A stretch of 64,000 bases of DNA from Chrysomallon squamiferum (taxonomy: Eukaryota; Animalia; Mollusca): positions 12,214,001-12,278,000 of the forward strand of contig CM022671.1 in the NCBI GenBank assembly GCA_012295275.1. Reading direction: 5' to 3'. The notes beneath the pieces are model-generated. The model ran no database searches, was not told where the DNA came from, and was given only the letters and a program-made list of their open reading frames with translations. Shown piece after piece: positions 63,583 through 64,000 of the stretch (its first letter is position 1; every line of letters starts with the position of its first letter). Position numbers and translations under genes: made by a program.

Positions 63583-63973
63583 AAGAAGAAGAAAAGACAT
63601 AAAAGATTTTCACTTCTTCTGATAACTGTAAGTTAATGTTTATTAATGGATAGGAAATAAATTGCTAAAATTTTGTTAAGCAGAAAATATTTTGAATAGT
63701 ATTATTTCTTCTTATTATTTTATTGTTATTTATTTTTTTCTATGCACTGCTATTTCATCTCTCTTTAAATAAGATCTCGTACCAGAGGATTGGGAGTTGA
63801 TGAAAAAGAAGAACAGTTGGCATGAGGTGGAGCTACGAGATAACCGATACAACCAGATAATACATCTAGTGTCAGCAGCTAAAGGAGCAGAGGCTTTTTA
63901 TTCAGTAGCAGGACACAAGACGAGATATGAAGGACTGCAGATGGCTCGGGAGCTTGACACAATTACTGCCAAT
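58008..63973 (+). CDS. Ttd14: TRPL translocation defect protein 14 (TTD14)-like P-loop (NadR/Ttd14 AAA) protein; 3'-partial, 6 exons in window
   Basis: Exons 58008 (or 58095)-58152, 59268-59335, 61477-61514, 62492-62529, 63291-63425, 63774-63973. Translation ...[48 protein letters not shown]...[17 protein letters not shown]...[12 protein letters not shown]...[26 protein letters not shown]...[12 protein letters not shown] matches TTD14 family motifs. It ends at a GT donor (63974), so the gene probably continues past the window. Confidence 0.9.
59940..61100 (-). mobile_element. Decayed Merlin / IS1595 (ISXO2-like) DNA transposon in TTD14 intron 2
   Basis: Minus-strand fragments ~60860-60190: [13 protein letters not shown] (Zn ribbon), [68 protein letters not shown] (cf. 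VNH...VDP.TG.HTQ.IE..W), [10 protein letters not shown], with multiple frameshifts. Left-flank TACTTTGG(C/T)(A/G)TGTGATC repeats (~59947, ~60029) are inverted relative to GATCATATACCAAAGTA at ~61070. Ends are approximate. Confidence 0.8.
61161..61257. repeat. Two abutting near-perfect inverted repeats (hairpins)
   Basis: TGTTTTTGGTAATGAA-tag-TTCATTACCAAAAACA (61161-61195, perfect 16 bp) and TCTTACTCAAGTGCTTTGTCACAGAG-ctactataa-CTCTGTGACAAGGCACTTGAGTAAGA (61196-61256, 26 bp with one T.G). Confidence 0.95.
62283..62323. repeat. (TG)n microsatellite
   Basis: About 20 TG units in TTD14 intron 3. Confidence 0.95.
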
Positions 63974-64000
63974 GTAATCACGTGACTTCACTGTTTTATA

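Noticed and set aside
63974-63985. TGA at 63983-63985 as the end of TTD14
   Set aside because: Family similarity runs up to a GT at 63974 and TTD14 proteins are longer, so this is most likely intronic read-through. It cannot be confirmed within the window.

Overview
Very AT-rich, microsatellite-rich, intron-containing animal genomic DNA. It is probably a non-vertebrate bilaterian, but the species cannot be determined from sequence alone. I spliced five protein-coding genes by hand, and the reading phases are consistent across every junction. (1) The 3' part of a CTTNBP2-like gene (ankyrin repeats + NAV-type AAA+ domain, + strand, 4095-13295). (2) A complete class II ARF (ARF4/5-like, - strand, 27040-23470). 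(3) A complete 23-exon FBXL13/DRC6 gene head-to-head with the ARF (+ strand, 28044-48192). (4) An AT-hook + 8x C2H2 zinc-finger gene with one GC-AG intron (+ strand, 50794-54831). (5) The 5' part of a TTD14-like P-loop protein gene (+ strand, 58008 to window end). Introns carry two Tc1/mariner-pogo-type MITEs, a decayed Tc1 DD34E transposase, a decayed Merlin/ISXO2-type transposon, minisatellites and local duplications. I see no evidence for a wholly new multi-gene system. The best leads are regulatory: a frameshifting 11-nt microexon that would toggle the CTTNBP2 C-terminal tail, a duplication-born 9-nt microexon, intact ATPase motifs in the CTTNBP2 AAA domain, a two-ATG mitochondrial/cytosolic arrangement in TTD14, and two abutting near-perfect hairpins beside the Merlin element. 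Most short ORFs in the supplied track are exon fragments or chance/microsatellite ORFs.
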